This document shows, one piece after another, positions 27,690-38,121 of a DNA stretch of 64,000 nt. The position numbers and the translations under genes were made by a program. The notes beneath the pieces were generated by a model. That model ran no database searches and was not told the DNA's origin. It was given only the letters and a program-made list of their open reading frames with translations. Source of the DNA: Bdellovibrionales bacterium (lineage in GTDB: Bacteria > Bdellovibrionota > UBA1018 > CAIMNF01); NCBI GenBank assembly GCA_040380025.1, contig JBEIJY010000002.1:64001-128000 (forward strand), written 5' to 3'. How positions within the stretch are numbered: the stretch's first letter is position 1; the number at the start of each line of letters is the position of its first letter.

Positions 27690-29213
27690 TCAGGCCTGCG
27701 CCTCGAATCGGGCCGATCGAATGTCGTCCAAGAGCAGATTCGCGGTCGCTTTTGCGGAATTCACGACTCCCGGAACCCCTGCCCCGGGATGCGTGCCGGC
27801 GCCGACAAAATAGAGACCCTTCAGGTCGGGGTCGCGATTTCGGGTGCGGAACGCAGCACTTTGCCAAAGGACGGGTTCGGCCGAGAAGGCCGCACCCAGA
27901 TGTGAGTTCAGCTCGTCCCGGAAATCCTCAGGCGTGAAGATGCGCTGGGTGACGATGTGCTTTCGCAAATCGGGAGCGTAGCGGGTCTCGATGTACTCGA
28001 GGATTTTCTCGGCATAGGCGGGGCCCTCTTTCTTCCAGTCGATCTTGAGGTTTCCGAGATGGGGAACGGGCGAAAGAACATAAAACGCCTCACATCCCTC
28101 GGGGGCCATCGACGGGTCCGAGCGGGTGGGGGCATGAAGATAGAGCGAGAAATCATCGGGGATTTCGTCATTCTTGCTGAAGATTTTTTTCAGGAGCTCG
28201 CGGTAGGATTTTCCGAACAGAATATTGTGATGGGCGAGTTTCGGATATTGCTTGCTTGTCCCGAAGTAAATCAAGAAGAGGGACATGCTCTGGGATTGCC
28301 GGAGCGCTTTCTGGCGCGAGGGGCGGACTTGTTCGGAGTTTCGAAGAAGGTGCGAGTAACTGTGAACCACATCGGCGTTCGTGACGACGATGTCGCAGGG
28401 CCAGGTCCCCTGATGCGTGCGAACCGCCGAAACGCTCGAGCCATGGGTCAAAATCTCATCGACGGGAGTCGAGAGCTCGATTCTTCCCCCAAGTTCCTGA
28501 AACAACCGCACAAGAGCGTTCACGAGTGCGCCGGTTCCTCCGCGCGGAAAGAACACGCCCCAGTTTCGTTCGAGGTAATGAATCAGGGTGTAAATCGAGG
28601 AGGTCTTGAAGGGGTCGCCGCCCACTAGCAACGAATGAAAACTGAATGCCTGGCGAAGCTCACGGTCTTCGATGTATTGCGAGACCGTCTTGAAGACCGA
28701 GCGGTGAGCCTTCAGATTCACAAGCTGGGGTGCAACCCGCACCATGCTCCAGAGATTCAAAAACGGAACATGGGCGAGCTTGGTGTAGCCCTCATCGAAG
28801 ACATTCTTCGAGTAGTTCAGGAACCGCTCATAGCCTTCGACGTCGCGCGGGGACTTCGACTGGATCTGCTCGAAGGTCGTCTTCGGATCGTTCGAGTAGT
28901 CGAAGACATAGCCGTTCTCCCAAAAGAGCCGATAAAACGGGCTCACGGGCATGAGCTCGACGTAGTCTTCCATCTTCCGGCCCGCCTCTTCGAACAACTC
29001 CTTCAGGCACTCAGGCGCGGTGATCACAGTGGGACCAGCATCGAAAACAAAGCCCTTGTCCCGGTACACATAGGCCCTGCCGCCAGGCTGGTCTCGCTTT
29101 TCGAAGAGCACCACTTCGTGTCCGGCCGTTTGCAGGCGCACGGCGGCGGCCAGTCCCGCAAAGCCACTGCCGATGACGGCGATTCTTTTTTTGTTCCTGA
29201 TTTTTTCAGCCAT
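27690..29213 (-). CDS. crtI: Phytoene desaturase
   Basis: IGSGFAGLAAA, FDAGPTVIT, FHSLLVGG, SLYLHAP, VGAGTHPGAGVPGV. Confidence 0.97.
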   Translation of the reverse strand: MAEKIRNKKRIAVIGSGFAGLAAAVRLQTAGHEVVLFEKRDQPGGRAYVYRDKGFVFDAGPTVITAPECLKELFEEAGRKMEDYVELMPVSPFYRLFWENGYVFDYSNDPKTTFEQIQSKSPRDVEGYERFLNYSKNVFDEGYTKLAHVPFLNLWSMVRVAPQLVNLKAHRSVFKTVSQYIEDRELRQAFSFHSLLVGGDPFKTSSIYTLIHYLERNWGVFFPRGGTGALVNALVRLFQELGGRIELSTPVDEILTHGSSVSAVRTHQGTWPCDIVVTNADVVHSYSHLLRNSEQVRPSRQKALRQSQSMSLFLIYFGTSKQYPKLAHHNILFGKSYRELLKKIFSKNDEIPDDFSLYLHAPTRSDPSMAPEGCEAFYVLSPVPHLGNLKIDWKKEGPAYAEKILEYIETRYAPDLRKHIVTQRIFTPEDFRDELNSHLGAAFSAEPVLWQSAAFRTRNRDPDLKGLYFVGAGTHPGAGVPGVVNSAKATANLLLDDIRSARFEAQA

Positions 29214-30303
29214 GCGAATTCATCACCTTTCTTGCCATTTCTTCGATCGGGTTCAGAGCCGGGTTCCCGGCGAATCGATCTTTGAGTCCTCTCAGACACG
29301 AATCCATCGCCTCGCAGGCTTGCGCAAGCGCCACCGCGATCACCGGATGGGTCGTCCGCGGATCGTCTTCGCCTTTTTGGATGGTTCGGGACATCAGGGC
29401 CTGGAATTTTGTGAACTCATGGGGTTCGAGCGTTGTCGCCGCAACCGCCCACACCCAGGACGGACGAATGAAGGGCCCTCTCGGGGTGTCCGATTTGCCC
29501 GATTCGCGAAACTCGGCCAGGTCATTGAACATTTGCAACAAGACCCCGAACGACTGACCGAAATCGGCAATCGTGCGACGAAGGTCCGAATGGGCAGAGG
29601 CGGCGACGGCTCCGAATTCGGCGCACATCCTCATGAGGGCGCCGGTTTTCAGGCCCAGCGTTGCCATCGAGATTGGAGTGATTTTCGCTTGGGGCAGAAA
29701 GGTCATGTCATGAGCGAGATCGAGCGACTGACCATAGTGAGCTTGAATCATGGCGTGATGATGAACCCGATAGAGCTCGAGCTCGATTTCAGCCGGGATT
29801 TTTTGAGACCGGATCAGGTCGGTCGCGCGGTAGTAGAGCCAGTTGCCGGCATTGATGGCAGAGGGCATGCCGATCAGGGCGTGCAGGGCAGGGCCGCCTC
29901 TTCGAGTCATGCTTGAGTCCTGAATGTCATCGATGATCAGGGATCCGGCATGGATCGTCTCGACCATGGCACCGAGAGAAGAGAGCAAGTCCTCGTGCTC
30001 CTTGTCTCGGACCGCTGAACCCGAGGCGAGATCAAACCCGATCGAGACCAACTGAGCCCGGACCTGTTTGCTCGGCCGGTCCAAGTATTCGTTCAGGGGG
30101 TCGAGCATGGGTGCGAGCAAAGGGGGAAGAGCTTCTTTTGGCGCGACTCCCAGCGGGAGCCATTCCCGCAAAAAAGCCAAGTCGTCCGGGCCCGGGAGGA
30201 TCATCTGCGACAAAGTACGCGGTTGGTCCGACCTCGCGGGCGGGGATGTTCTGAATGGTTCCTGGATTTCTCTTCGATTCGTCAGTTCACGAAACTCGTT
30301 CAC
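29206..30303 (-). CDS. crtE: Polyprenyl (probably geranylgeranyl) diphosphate synthase
   Basis: KQVR, HAGSLIIDDIQD, RRGGP, GQSLDL, LKTGAL; first in the crtE-crtI-crtB run; start position uncertain. Confidence 0.8.
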   Translation of the reverse strand: MNEFRELTNRREIQEPFRTSPPARSDQPRTLSQMILPGPDDLAFLREWLPLGVAPKEALPPLLAPMLDPLNEYLDRPSKQVRAQLVSIGFDLASGSAVRDKEHEDLLSSLGAMVETIHAGSLIIDDIQDSSMTRRGGPALHALIGMPSAINAGNWLYYRATDLIRSQKIPAEIELELYRVHHHAMIQAHYGQSLDLAHDMTFLPQAKITPISMATLGLKTGALMRMCAEFGAVAASAHSDLRRTIADFGQSFGVLLQMFNDLAEFRESGKSDTPRGPFIRPSWVWAVAATTLEPHEFTKFQALMSRTIQKGEDDPRTTHPVIAVALAQACEAMDSCLRGLKDRFAGNPALNPIEEMARKVMNSHG

Positions 30304-30477
30304 GCGCCCCGCCCCGCTGTTTTGCCAAAAATCCCTCGTGTCTTCATGGATAACAGCCGGAGTGGTTGAATTCTAGAAAATACAGGCACCTGACCCTAAC
30401 GAGGGTTACGGGAGTATTCCTTGCTGTTTTGGTCAACTTAAGGTATCATTCGCGCCCGAAACCCAGGGATTTGTCTT

Positions 30478-31308
30478 ATGAAGTGTTTCACGGCCGTGGT
30501 TGCATTTGTCCTTTCTGTTCCCCTCTTCGCCATCGCAGATGAGCGATGTTCCGATCTTCTGACCAAGAAAACCCACCAGGAGGCGATTGCCGAGGGGATT
30601 CTTGCGAGCTATGCCCCTTATCAGTACCGCCCGTTCCGACTCGAACCGCTTAGCCAGAATCAGAATGCCATCGTATTTTTGGGATCGGAGATTGATCTTC
30701 CAAAACGGAAGTTCATTTTGAAGGTCATGCCGCTCGGCGAGGCATTGAGCGACTTTTATGCTCTTCGCTTGATTCGAGGCATCCAGAAAGAGATTCGAAT
30801 CCCGATTTCCGTGGTCGATTCGGTGGTTCTCACGCCTCGACTCGGAACTCTCGCGTCAGAGACCTTGGTGCTCCAGAAAAACTCCCTCGCCCGGGGAAGA
30901 ACTTTGTTTGAGATTCTTGCCGACGAACAGGTCGCAACCGATCGAAAGAGTTACCTTCGGAATTACTATATGGCCTGGATCCATCAAATGGCGGGAGCTT
31001 TGAAGAAGAAGCGGTTTTTGGTCGAAACGAAGCGTCTGGAGTCCAACTTTTATCGAAACCAACACCGCTTCATCGAGACCCATCCGAATGCGATCGACGA
31101 TCAGCCGATTGCGCTCAGTGCGAGCCGTTTGTGGGATGAAGAGATGAGGGGCAAGGAGATGGAGCCTTTGTTCCAGTATCTCGACCGCGCATCCCGTGGT
31201 GTGCTCGAGAACCTGAGCAGTAGCGGGAACGGGATATCCATCATCCTCAAGACCGACAACATCATGGTCGATGATTCCGACCACATGGTGTTGTTTGATC
31301 CATTTTAA
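30478..31308 (+). CDS. Secreted hypothetical protein with remote kinase-like motifs
   Basis: Signal peptide; FILKV, GRTL, LKTDNIMVD, LFDPF. Confidence 0.6.
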   Translation: MKCFTAVVAFVLSVPLFAIADERCSDLLTKKTHQEAIAEGILASYAPYQYRPFRLEPLSQNQNAIVFLGSEIDLPKRKFILKVMPLGEALSDFYALRLIRGIQKEIRIPISVVDSVVLTPRLGTLASETLVLQKNSLARGRTLFEILADEQVATDRKSYLRNYYMAWIHQMAGALKKKRFLVETKRLESNFYRNQHRFIETHPNAIDDQPIALSASRLWDEEMRGKEMEPLFQYLDRASRGVLENLSSSGNGISIILKTDNIMVDDSDHMVLFDPF

Positions 31309-32759
31309 TTTTTTGGTTTCGGATTCTTTTTTTCGATCAGGGGGGCAGTCAACTTTACGCGAAGTCCGCGATCGGGATTCCCGATGGGTAGCACCAGATA
31401 CATGCTGGTGCCCGATCGAGGAAATTCCAATCCGGCCGCAATTTCGCCAGAAATCCCCTGTTTTTTTGCCCACTCCCGGAGAATCGATACATTGACAAAG
31501 CCCCGCACGGGGGTCTTTTCGGAGCTTCCGGCGAAATTTGTGCCGAAACTCGCCCCGAAACTCGCTTCACTCGAAAGCTCTTGCCCCGCTTCGGCGTTGT
31601 TTCGGATTCGAATCGGGGTCACCGACGCGTTCGCGACCAACCCGCCCTTGTGAAGTTGATACGCTCCCGTTGCCTCATTGGTTTGCCCGAGCCGTGTGAT
31701 CAATCCATAGGTGTGCCGGGCTCCTCCGGTCGAATTGGCTGATTCCGAGACTTGGACGATCAGCTGGCCGTAAGGATCGGAGCCGCGGGTCTCGTACCCC
31801 AAAAACAGGTTCTGGTTTTTCTTCTTCCATGCGACCCCGGTCAACGCCTGCTCCCGGAATGGCCTGGCGATCAATACATATTGAAGTTTTCCACCGACCC
31901 GTCGGAGCGGATTTTGACCGGAAATCCGGAAATCCAGGTAGCTGCCTCCCGGATCGGTCGCATCCACGCGGGAGCGGAGCGAGAGATCAGAATCGCCAAT
32001 CGATGCCCCCGAGGGATTCCGCCAGTGTTGTTTGTAGTCAAAACCGACCGGAATCGTGACCGGTCCCAAGGAGTAAAATCGCGGTTTGAATTTGGATTTC
32101 TTTCCCTTTTCCATCGGAATGGCCGAAAATCGGCCTGCTTCCACCGCAGATGGAACCAAGGCTGTCCATCGGCTCCCGGTGACCCAAAGATCGGGATTCG
32201 CAGGCGAAGGTTCAAGGGCAATTACCGCAAGAGGACTCGACTGCGAAGACAGTTCGAGAATCTCCGGCAAATCGGAGTCCCCCGGGGCCTGCGACGGCCG
32301 CCAAGAACAGGCATCGACGTTTTCTCCGAAAGCGGCCTTCGCCCACTCGCCATCGAGAGAGGGCGGAAAAGCCCCAATCGCGGCCTGAAGGGGTTTCAGA
32401 TTCTCTGCCACCGGAGAAACTGCTCCGGGCGGAGGTTCTTCAAAAACCGGGATTAGCTCGTGGTCGATTGCTCTGTCCGTGAAGTTGATGAACGAGGGGG
32501 TGAATCCGAGCCCCATTTGCTTTTGCATCTCGAGCGGATCCCCGAATGCGCTGGCAAGTTCGGGCAGACGTAACCATCCCTCTGGCGTGGCCAAATCCGG
32601 AAACAGTCCCGGCTGCATCACATAGTGCCCGAGAAAAAAAGCATTCCTCTCCCAATCCGAATCTTGTGCCTGCACGCGCGCCCCGATGCACCAAAAAATT
32701 GGCATCAAGATCAAGAACCGAACAGGAATCCGTATCGCCCGAAAAAACAGCGCACTCAT
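31305..32759 (-). CDS. Secreted hypothetical protein, beta-rich C-terminus
   Basis: 484-aa ORF filling the gap between neighbours; signal-like N-terminus (VQA/QD). Confidence 0.65.
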   Translation of the reverse strand: MSALFFRAIRIPVRFLILMPIFWCIGARVQAQDSDWERNAFFLGHYVMQPGLFPDLATPEGWLRLPELASAFGDPLEMQKQMGLGFTPSFINFTDRAIDHELIPVFEEPPPGAVSPVAENLKPLQAAIGAFPPSLDGEWAKAAFGENVDACSWRPSQAPGDSDLPEILELSSQSSPLAVIALEPSPANPDLWVTGSRWTALVPSAVEAGRFSAIPMEKGKKSKFKPRFYSLGPVTIPVGFDYKQHWRNPSGASIGDSDLSLRSRVDATDPGGSYLDFRISGQNPLRRVGGKLQYVLIARPFREQALTGVAWKKKNQNLFLGYETRGSDPYGQLIVQVSESANSTGGARHTYGLITRLGQTNEATGAYQLHKGGLVANASVTPIRIRNNAEAGQELSSEASFGASFGTNFAGSSEKTPVRGFVNVSILREWAKKQGISGEIAAGLEFPRSGTSMYLVLPIGNPDRGLRVKLTAPLIEKKNPKPKN

Positions 32760-32828
32760 CTCTTCCGTTTCGGTGTTTCCCCGATCAAAACTTGATGCCT
32801 CGAAGATCAGGCGCTACCATTTTAATGA

Positions 32829-34196
32829 ATGGGAGCGGGTGATTCCAAAAAAACAGTCAGAGCGCTGACGGTGTTTCAAAGCGCCGATCTTCGTAAGCGC
32901 GTGAACAACGAGCTCCAGCGTCATTACCGGGATCGTCTGGAAGAAGAATCCGTTCCGTTGCTCCAGGATGCGGTGGCGCTCGTCGAGGAACACCCGGAGC
33001 GGTTTGACCTTTTGATCATCGAGCACGAGAGTGCCTCGCTTGCGGTTCTAAAAACCCTTCTCGATTTGTGCGGTTTCGGCGCGCCCGTCCTCGTGTCGAA
33101 CAAGGCGGAGCTCTTCGAGGGGCTGCTTGCCCGAGAACGGCCGCCCGAAGTTGCAAGGGTTTCATCGCTCGAGCAAGAGCTCGAACACATTTTGCGTCGT
33201 CTTGTCCTCTTGGGCCGTCTGCCGCCCACCGGATCGGTCGATTCCTTGGAATATGTCGCCATTTCTTCGAGCTCGCTCATGGGGGTTCAGCCTCTTCATG
33301 CCGATGTCTTTGTGAAGATCGGAGATGGTCATTTCGTACGGGTCTTCAAGCAGGGAGAGGTGATTGTCCCTGAGGCCCTGCAAAAATTCATCGAGTCCAA
33401 AAAGGACAAGTTCCACCTGAAAAAATCCGGTGCCCTGAAGGCGCTCGATCAGACGGCCTCGGGACTCCGGGCTCTCGCAAGCCCCCTTCCGCAGGAACCC
33501 GAAAAGGCCGCTCCGGTGCTGATTCATGCACGAAAACTCGTCGGCGATCTGATCGCCCAAGTGGGGTTCACCCCCGAGGCGCGCGAGATCGCCCGGAACA
33601 GCGCCATGGTTGCGATCCGCCTTGTGGGAAGCAAGCCGAAGCTTGCCAGTGTCCTGAAGGACATCAATCTCGAAGAGGGCGGATTGATCGCGAACCACAG
33701 CTTTGTAACCGGAAACGTCGCCTGCGCCCTTGCGTTCCGTGCCGGATGGAGTTCCGAGAGTACGTTCTTCAAGCTCTGGCTTGCGGCCTTTTTGCATGAC
33801 ATTGCTATTCATCGCGAGGAACACGCGAAATTCCGGACTTCCGCCATACTGGATGCCTCGGAACTCGATTCGGATCAGGCGAGGGAGGTGCGTCTTCATC
33901 CGATCCGTGCGGGCGAGTATGCGCGCCAGTTCACCGATATTCCCTCGGATGTCGAGCAAATCGTGGTCCAGCATCACGAGCGTCCGGACGGGGGAGGGTT
34001 TCCCCGGGCGCTCCATTCGCGCCACATCAGTCCCTTGAGCGCATTGTTCATCATCGCCGAAGATCTCGTTCATGCCGCGATCGAGAATCCCGGCCTTTCG
34101 GTGCTTGGATTTTTCGAAACCAAAAAAGAAGAATACTCCCGGGGCCAATTCCGGAAGATCCGGACGTCGATTCTGGGATCCGGTTCCGGTCTGTGA
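32829..34196 (+). CDS. HD-GYP-like domain protein with degenerate receiver-like N-terminus
   Basis: NHS, AFLHDI, HP, QHHERPDGGGFP. Confidence 0.8.
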   Translation: MGAGDSKKTVRALTVFQSADLRKRVNNELQRHYRDRLEEESVPLLQDAVALVEEHPERFDLLIIEHESASLAVLKTLLDLCGFGAPVLVSNKAELFEGLLARERPPEVARVSSLEQELEHILRRLVLLGRLPPTGSVDSLEYVAISSSSLMGVQPLHADVFVKIGDGHFVRVFKQGEVIVPEALQKFIESKKDKFHLKKSGALKALDQTASGLRALASPLPQEPEKAAPVLIHARKLVGDLIAQVGFTPEAREIARNSAMVAIRLVGSKPKLASVLKDINLEEGGLIANHSFVTGNVACALAFRAGWSSESTFFKLWLAAFLHDIAIHREEHAKFRTSAILDASELDSDQAREVRLHPIRAGEYARQFTDIPSDVEQIVVQHHERPDGGGFPRALHSRHISPLSALFIIAEDLVHAAIENPGLSVLGFFETKKEEYSRGQFRKIRTSILGSGSGL

Positions 34197-34212
34197 TAGG
34201 GTCATTTGCGGT

Positions 34213-35613
34213 ATGATCGAACCCCGAGTGGTGCAGGTTCCGGGAGCAGAAATCCGTTTTTTCGGCGCGGCCGGCGAGGTCACGGGCAGCAAAGCGATTC
34301 TTCGTGCGCATCGAAAGTCGATTCTGATCGATTGCGGATTGTTCCAGGGCGAAAAGACGAGCAAACAGATGAATTGGACCCCGATGCCGGAGGAGGTTTC
34401 TTCGGTCGATGCCGTCTTGATCACGCATGCGCACCTGGATCACTGCGGGTATCTTCCGAGGCTCGTGAAAGGCGGATACTCGGGTCCAGTGTACTGTTCG
34501 CCCGGGACCCGCGACTTGATGAAGATCATTCTTCTGGATTCGGCCCATCTTCAAGAAGAAGACGCTGAGTATGCGAACCGGACCGGATACTCCCGCCACA
34601 AGCCGGCCGAACCCTTGTACACGGTCCGCGATGCCGAACGGGCCCTCTCGCTCGTCAAGACCATGCCGATGGGGGTGTGGCAGACGGTGGTTCCCGGGGT
34701 CGAAGTCGAGCTCACGCGCGCGGGGCATATCATCGGTTCTTCGGTGGCGCGCTTCCGCATCAAGGCTGCGGGGAAGGACTCTCTCGTTACCTTCAGCGGG
34801 GACCTCGGCCATGGCCGGCAGCTCACCATTCTTGCTCCTGATCCTCTCCCCGATACCGATGTGCTGGTTCTGGAGAGCACCTATGGAGATCGTCTTCATG
34901 CGCGGGATCTCCCCGAGGATGCTCTGGAGCGAATCCTGAATCAGATTCAGCGCTCCGGCGGAGTCCTTGTGATTCCCTCGTTCGCCGTGGGGCGCGCGCA
35001 GGAAGTGTTGCATCTCATTCGAGTTCTCGAGGATCGCGGGCGGGTCAAGCCGGTTCCGGTCGTATTGGACTCACCGATGGCCGAGGACGCGACCGCAATC
35101 TACCTGCAACACCCCGAGGACCATCCGCCCGGTCTTGATTTTGAAAAAAAGGCACGCAATTTCTTTCCGAAGCGCTTTGAGTGGGTTCGGTCGGCCCAGG
35201 AGTCACGCCAGTTGTCGGATCGCAAGGGGCCGCTGGTGATTCTTTCTGCTTCGGGTATGCTCCAAGGTGGGCGTGTATTGCATCATCTTCGGACGCGACT
35301 CGTGGATTCAAAGAATGTGGTTCTATTTGTGGGATATCAGGCCGAGGGAACCAAGGGCTGGTTTTTGAAGAATCGAGGAAAATCCGAGGGCGCGCTCCGG
35401 ATCTTCCACGAACCGGTACCAGTGAATGCGCAAATTGAGTCGATCGAGTCGCTCTCGGCCCACGCCGATCAGAAGGATCTTTTGACGTGGATCAATTCGG
35501 CCGCAAAAAAACCGAACTTGATCATTTTGAATCATGGCTCCGGCCTTTCGGCTAATGCTCTCGCGGGTCGGATTGATCGCGAGCTCGGGATCCGCACCCA
35601 TCCGCTCACGTGA
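34213..35613 (+). CDS. MBL-fold / beta-CASP RNA-processing metallo-hydrolase
   Basis: GAAGEVTGS, DCGLFQG, THAHLDH, AGHIIGS, ESTYG, FAVGRAQE, GYQAEGT, SAHAD. Confidence 0.93.
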   Translation: MIEPRVVQVPGAEIRFFGAAGEVTGSKAILRAHRKSILIDCGLFQGEKTSKQMNWTPMPEEVSSVDAVLITHAHLDHCGYLPRLVKGGYSGPVYCSPGTRDLMKIILLDSAHLQEEDAEYANRTGYSRHKPAEPLYTVRDAERALSLVKTMPMGVWQTVVPGVEVELTRAGHIIGSSVARFRIKAAGKDSLVTFSGDLGHGRQLTILAPDPLPDTDVLVLESTYGDRLHARDLPEDALERILNQIQRSGGVLVIPSFAVGRAQEVLHLIRVLEDRGRVKPVPVVLDSPMAEDATAIYLQHPEDHPPGLDFEKKARNFFPKRFEWVRSAQESRQLSDRKGPLVILSASGMLQGGRVLHHLRTRLVDSKNVVLFVGYQAEGTKGWFLKNRGKSEGALRIFHEPVPVNAQIESIESLSAHADQKDLLTWINSAAKKPNLIILNHGSGLSANALAGRIDRELGIRTHPLT

Positions 35614-35674
35614 GTCATGGATTGATCTTTGTGGGATGCTGGAATCCACGATTCTTTTGAGATATCGTGGGAGT

Positions 35675-36286
35675 ATGAAAATCAAAGTCCTTCTTTTGGC
35701 AAGCTTGGTTGGCTCGGTCTCGACTCTGGCCGCAGCAGCGGTTCCGGAATCGATTTATGACTTTCGTGTGAATCGACTCGGCGGAGTTCCGGCATCGCTC
35801 TCGGAGTACAAAGGAAAAGTCCTTTTGATCGTGAACACCGCATCGAAATGCGGATACACTCCGCAGTATCAGGGCCTTCAGACGATTTATCAGCGATACA
35901 AGACTCGCGGCTTCGAGGTCCTCGGATTTCCTTCGAATGACTTCGGCTCGCAGGAGCCGGGCAATGCGGGTGAGATCAAAAAGTTCTGCGAGACCCGGTA
36001 CAAGGTCTCCTTCCCGATGTTCGAAAAAGGCGTGGTGTCCGGAAGCCACAAGCAACCCCTGTACGCTTGGCTCGTGGCCAATGAGCCGAAAGCGAAATTC
36101 GGCCAGAGCGAAGTGGGCTGGAACTTCGAGAAATTCCTGGTCTCCAAAGAAGGCGCGGTGCTTGCCCGCTTTCGTTCGAGTGTCACCCCCGAGAGCCCCG
36201 AGGTGATCCAGGCGATCGAATCGGCGCTCGAAAAAAAAAAGGAATCTGAACATGTCGGACCCAAAAGCACCGCTCCATCTCAGTGA
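35675..36286 (+). CDS. Glutathione peroxidase family protein with signal peptide
   Basis: [33 protein letters not shown]. Confidence 0.93.
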   Translation: MKIKVLLLASLVGSVSTLAAAAVPESIYDFRVNRLGGVPASLSEYKGKVLLIVNTASKCGYTPQYQGLQTIYQRYKTRGFEVLGFPSNDFGSQEPGNAGEIKKFCETRYKVSFPMFEKGVVSGSHKQPLYAWLVANEPKAKFGQSEVGWNFEKFLVSKEGAVLARFRSSVTPESPEVIQAIESALEKKKESEHVGPKSTAPSQ

Positions 36287-37217
36287 CGAGCAGGTCCGGG
36301 TCACCCGGATGTGCGCGACCGAAAACCCCTTCCGGAATGCCTATTGGGACAATCACGATGCGGGAATTTATGTCGACATCGTGAATGGAAAGCCCTTGTT
36401 CAGCTCGAAGGACAAATTCGACTCCGGCACCGGTTGGCCGAGCTTCACCAGGCCCGTCGACGAGAAGGTCCTTGCGCTGAAGGATGACCGGAGCCACGGG
36501 ATGATTCGCACCGAGGTGCGCTCGAAAGATTCGGACTCTCATCTGGGCCACGTGTTTGATGACGGCCCGGGCCCGACCCGGAAGCGCTTTTGCATCAATT
36601 CGGCATCGCTCCGGTTCGTGAGCGTGCTGAACCTCGAAAAAGAGGGCTACGGAAAATACCGCGATTTGTTTTCGGACGAGGTAGTGCGGGACGAAAAGAA
36701 AAAGCGTGCCGATCGCGTTCAATCGGGTGCGTACCAGACCGCAATCCTTGCGGGCGGATGTTTTTGGGGGGTTCAGGATCTGATCCGGAAGCTTCAGGGC
36801 GTGGTCGACACCGAGGTGGGGTACACCGGCGGGAGCACGGCGAATCCGATGTATGAAGAGGTGAAAAAAGGCACCACCGGACATGCCGAGGCCGTGAGGG
36901 TTGTGTTTGATCCGAAGCAGATCCCGTTTGCGAGGCTTTTGGATTTGTTTTTCACCCTGCATGATCCGACGACCTCGAACCGTCAGGGCAATGACATCGG
37001 CTCGCAATACCGGTCGGCGATCTTCTTCTCTTCGCCCGCCCAAAAGGAAGAGTCGCTCAAAAAAATCAAGGAATGGAATGCCTCGGGCAAGTGGAAGAAG
37101 CCCATTGTGACCGAAGTCCTTCCGGCGATGCCGTTTTATCCGGCGGAGGGATATCACCAGGATTACCTGGTCAAGAACCCGAACGGATACACCTGTCATT
37201 ACTTCAGGGAGTTCTGA
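36252..37217 (+). CDS. Bifunctional methionine sulfoxide reductase MsrB-MsrA
   Basis: Msr[23 protein letters not shown]. Msr[29 protein letters not shown]. Confidence 0.95.
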   Translation: MSDPKAPLHLSDEQVRVTRMCATENPFRNAYWDNHDAGIYVDIVNGKPLFSSKDKFDSGTGWPSFTRPVDEKVLALKDDRSHGMIRTEVRSKDSDSHLGHVFDDGPGPTRKRFCINSASLRFVSVLNLEKEGYGKYRDLFSDEVVRDEKKKRADRVQSGAYQTAILAGGCFWGVQDLIRKLQGVVDTEVGYTGGSTANPMYEEVKKGTTGHAEAVRVVFDPKQIPFARLLDLFFTLHDPTTSNRQGNDIGSQYRSAIFFSSPAQKEESLKKIKEWNASGKWKKPIVTEVLPAMPFYPAEGYHQDYLVKNPNGYTCHYFREF

Positions 37218-37218
37218 G

Positions 37219-38046
37219 ATGAAGAACCTGAGGCCTTCTCCTGCGATCAGCGTGGCCTCGAACACCAGTATCGGAGAAACCCTCCGGATCATGCGCGAGA
37301 ACCACGTGGGTTCGGTTCTCGTGAATTCCTACTCGCACCCCCATTCGCTTGAGGGGATTTTCACCGAGAGGGATCTCTTGAAGTGGATCCCCGAGATCGA
37401 GAAAAATCGTGCCTGGGACAAGGCGATTGCGACCATCATGACCAAAAATCCGGTGACCCTGGATCTTCCGGATCTCGACCGCGCGGCCGAGATCATGATC
37501 GAAAAAGGCTTTCGCCATGTTCCGATCGTGTACCGGTTGGAAGGGGCGATCCGTGTTGCCGGAGTGGTATCGATGCGGGACTTGTTCAAGGGCCTCGTGG
37601 CCGAGAGGCGCGAGCGGAAGGTGCGCGATCAGTTTTTGGGCAAGCGAGTGGTGGTGCTGGCCCATGAGCCCTCGGGTCGGGATCTTCAGAAACGCCTTTT
37701 GAAGGATCATGTCGACCTGATTGTGATCGAGCGGGATTTTGACCAAAATCCCCCCGGAGTCCTTGAGGTCGTGTCCGAGGTCATGGCTTCTGATCTTTTG
37801 GTGCTGGATCTGGATCAGTTTCAGGTCGAGTATTGGGTGTCGATCCTGAAGGCAGTGCTTGCCCAAAAGCATCGGCCGCATGTGTTTGTCGTGTACGATC
37901 CGGTTCTGCAAGAGAGCAAAAGCATTGTGGCCCTGAAGAAGCTCTCGCAAGGTTCGGTGGTGCAGGTGTTTCCGAAGCCCGTCAATCTTTTGGAGTATCT
38001 GCGCTTGATGGAGCGCAGTTTTAAGCCAAGCGTCAAAAATCCGTGA
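37219..38046 (+). CDS. CBS-pair protein with receiver-like C-terminal domain
   Basis: GIFTERD, IMTKNP, FRHVPI, GVVSMRDL; C-terminal LLVLD...FPKP. Confidence 0.8.
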   Translation: MKNLRPSPAISVASNTSIGETLRIMRENHVGSVLVNSYSHPHSLEGIFTERDLLKWIPEIEKNRAWDKAIATIMTKNPVTLDLPDLDRAAEIMIEKGFRHVPIVYRLEGAIRVAGVVSMRDLFKGLVAERRERKVRDQFLGKRVVVLAHEPSGRDLQKRLLKDHVDLIVIERDFDQNPPGVLEVVSEVMASDLLVLDLDQFQVEYWVSILKAVLAQKHRPHVFVVYDPVLQESKSIVALKKLSQGSVVQVFPKPVNLLEYLRLMERSFKPSVKNP

Positions 38047-38121
38047 TCCATTTTCCGGTCCGAACGTGCGCGGGAGTCGTGCTACACTGTTTCCAACACC
38101 CGAAAGAAAGGACTTTCAGAC

